Under the pieces are notes generated by a model. That model made no database searches. It was given only the letters and a program-made list of their open reading frames with translations, and was not told where the DNA came from. This document shows positions 63,930 through 64,000 of a stretch of 64,000 nt of DNA, in pieces (positions within the stretch are counted from its first letter, which is position 1; each line of letters opens with the position of its first letter). Source of the DNA: Callorhinchus milii. Taxonomy: Eukaryota. Location: contig NW_024704743.1 in the NCBI RefSeq assembly GCF_018977255.1, positions 7,752,001-7,816,000 of the forward strand, written 5' to 3'. The translations under genes were made by a program, and so were the position numbers.

Positions 63930-64000
63930 GTCAGTTTTCTTTTTCTTTTTCTTTTCAACACTTACATAGTGAGTAAATCACAGAGTGAGTTATGTAGACT

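Overview
Vertebrate genomic DNA, not prokaryotic. The whole window lies inside one large + strand gene, supervillin (SVIL, villin/gelsolin family). I traced 29 coding exons from 105 to 63929 whose splice phases join into one open frame: 4508 nt, about 1500 aa, with the start codon and villin headpiece outside the window. Two further cassette exons are candidates. The introns are dense in tRNA-derived SINEs (DeuSINE/SacSINE1-like), L2 and CR1 LINE 3' fragments, Penelope-like termini and a 26-bp G-rich minisatellite. This repeat mix suggests a cartilaginous fish, possibly a holocephalan such as Callorhinchus (inference). Main observations: (1) minimal hammerhead-ribozyme motifs on the pre-mRNA strand; (2) a candidate mutually exclusive 40-nt exon at 16147-16186; (3) about 250 bp of intron sequence present twice, inverted and 31.5 kb apart, inside SINE copies; (4) retroposon tails forming parts of two splice sites; (5) a GC-AG intron and a cluster of phase-0 cassette exons. 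All coordinates were read by eye, so repeat boundaries are approximate.
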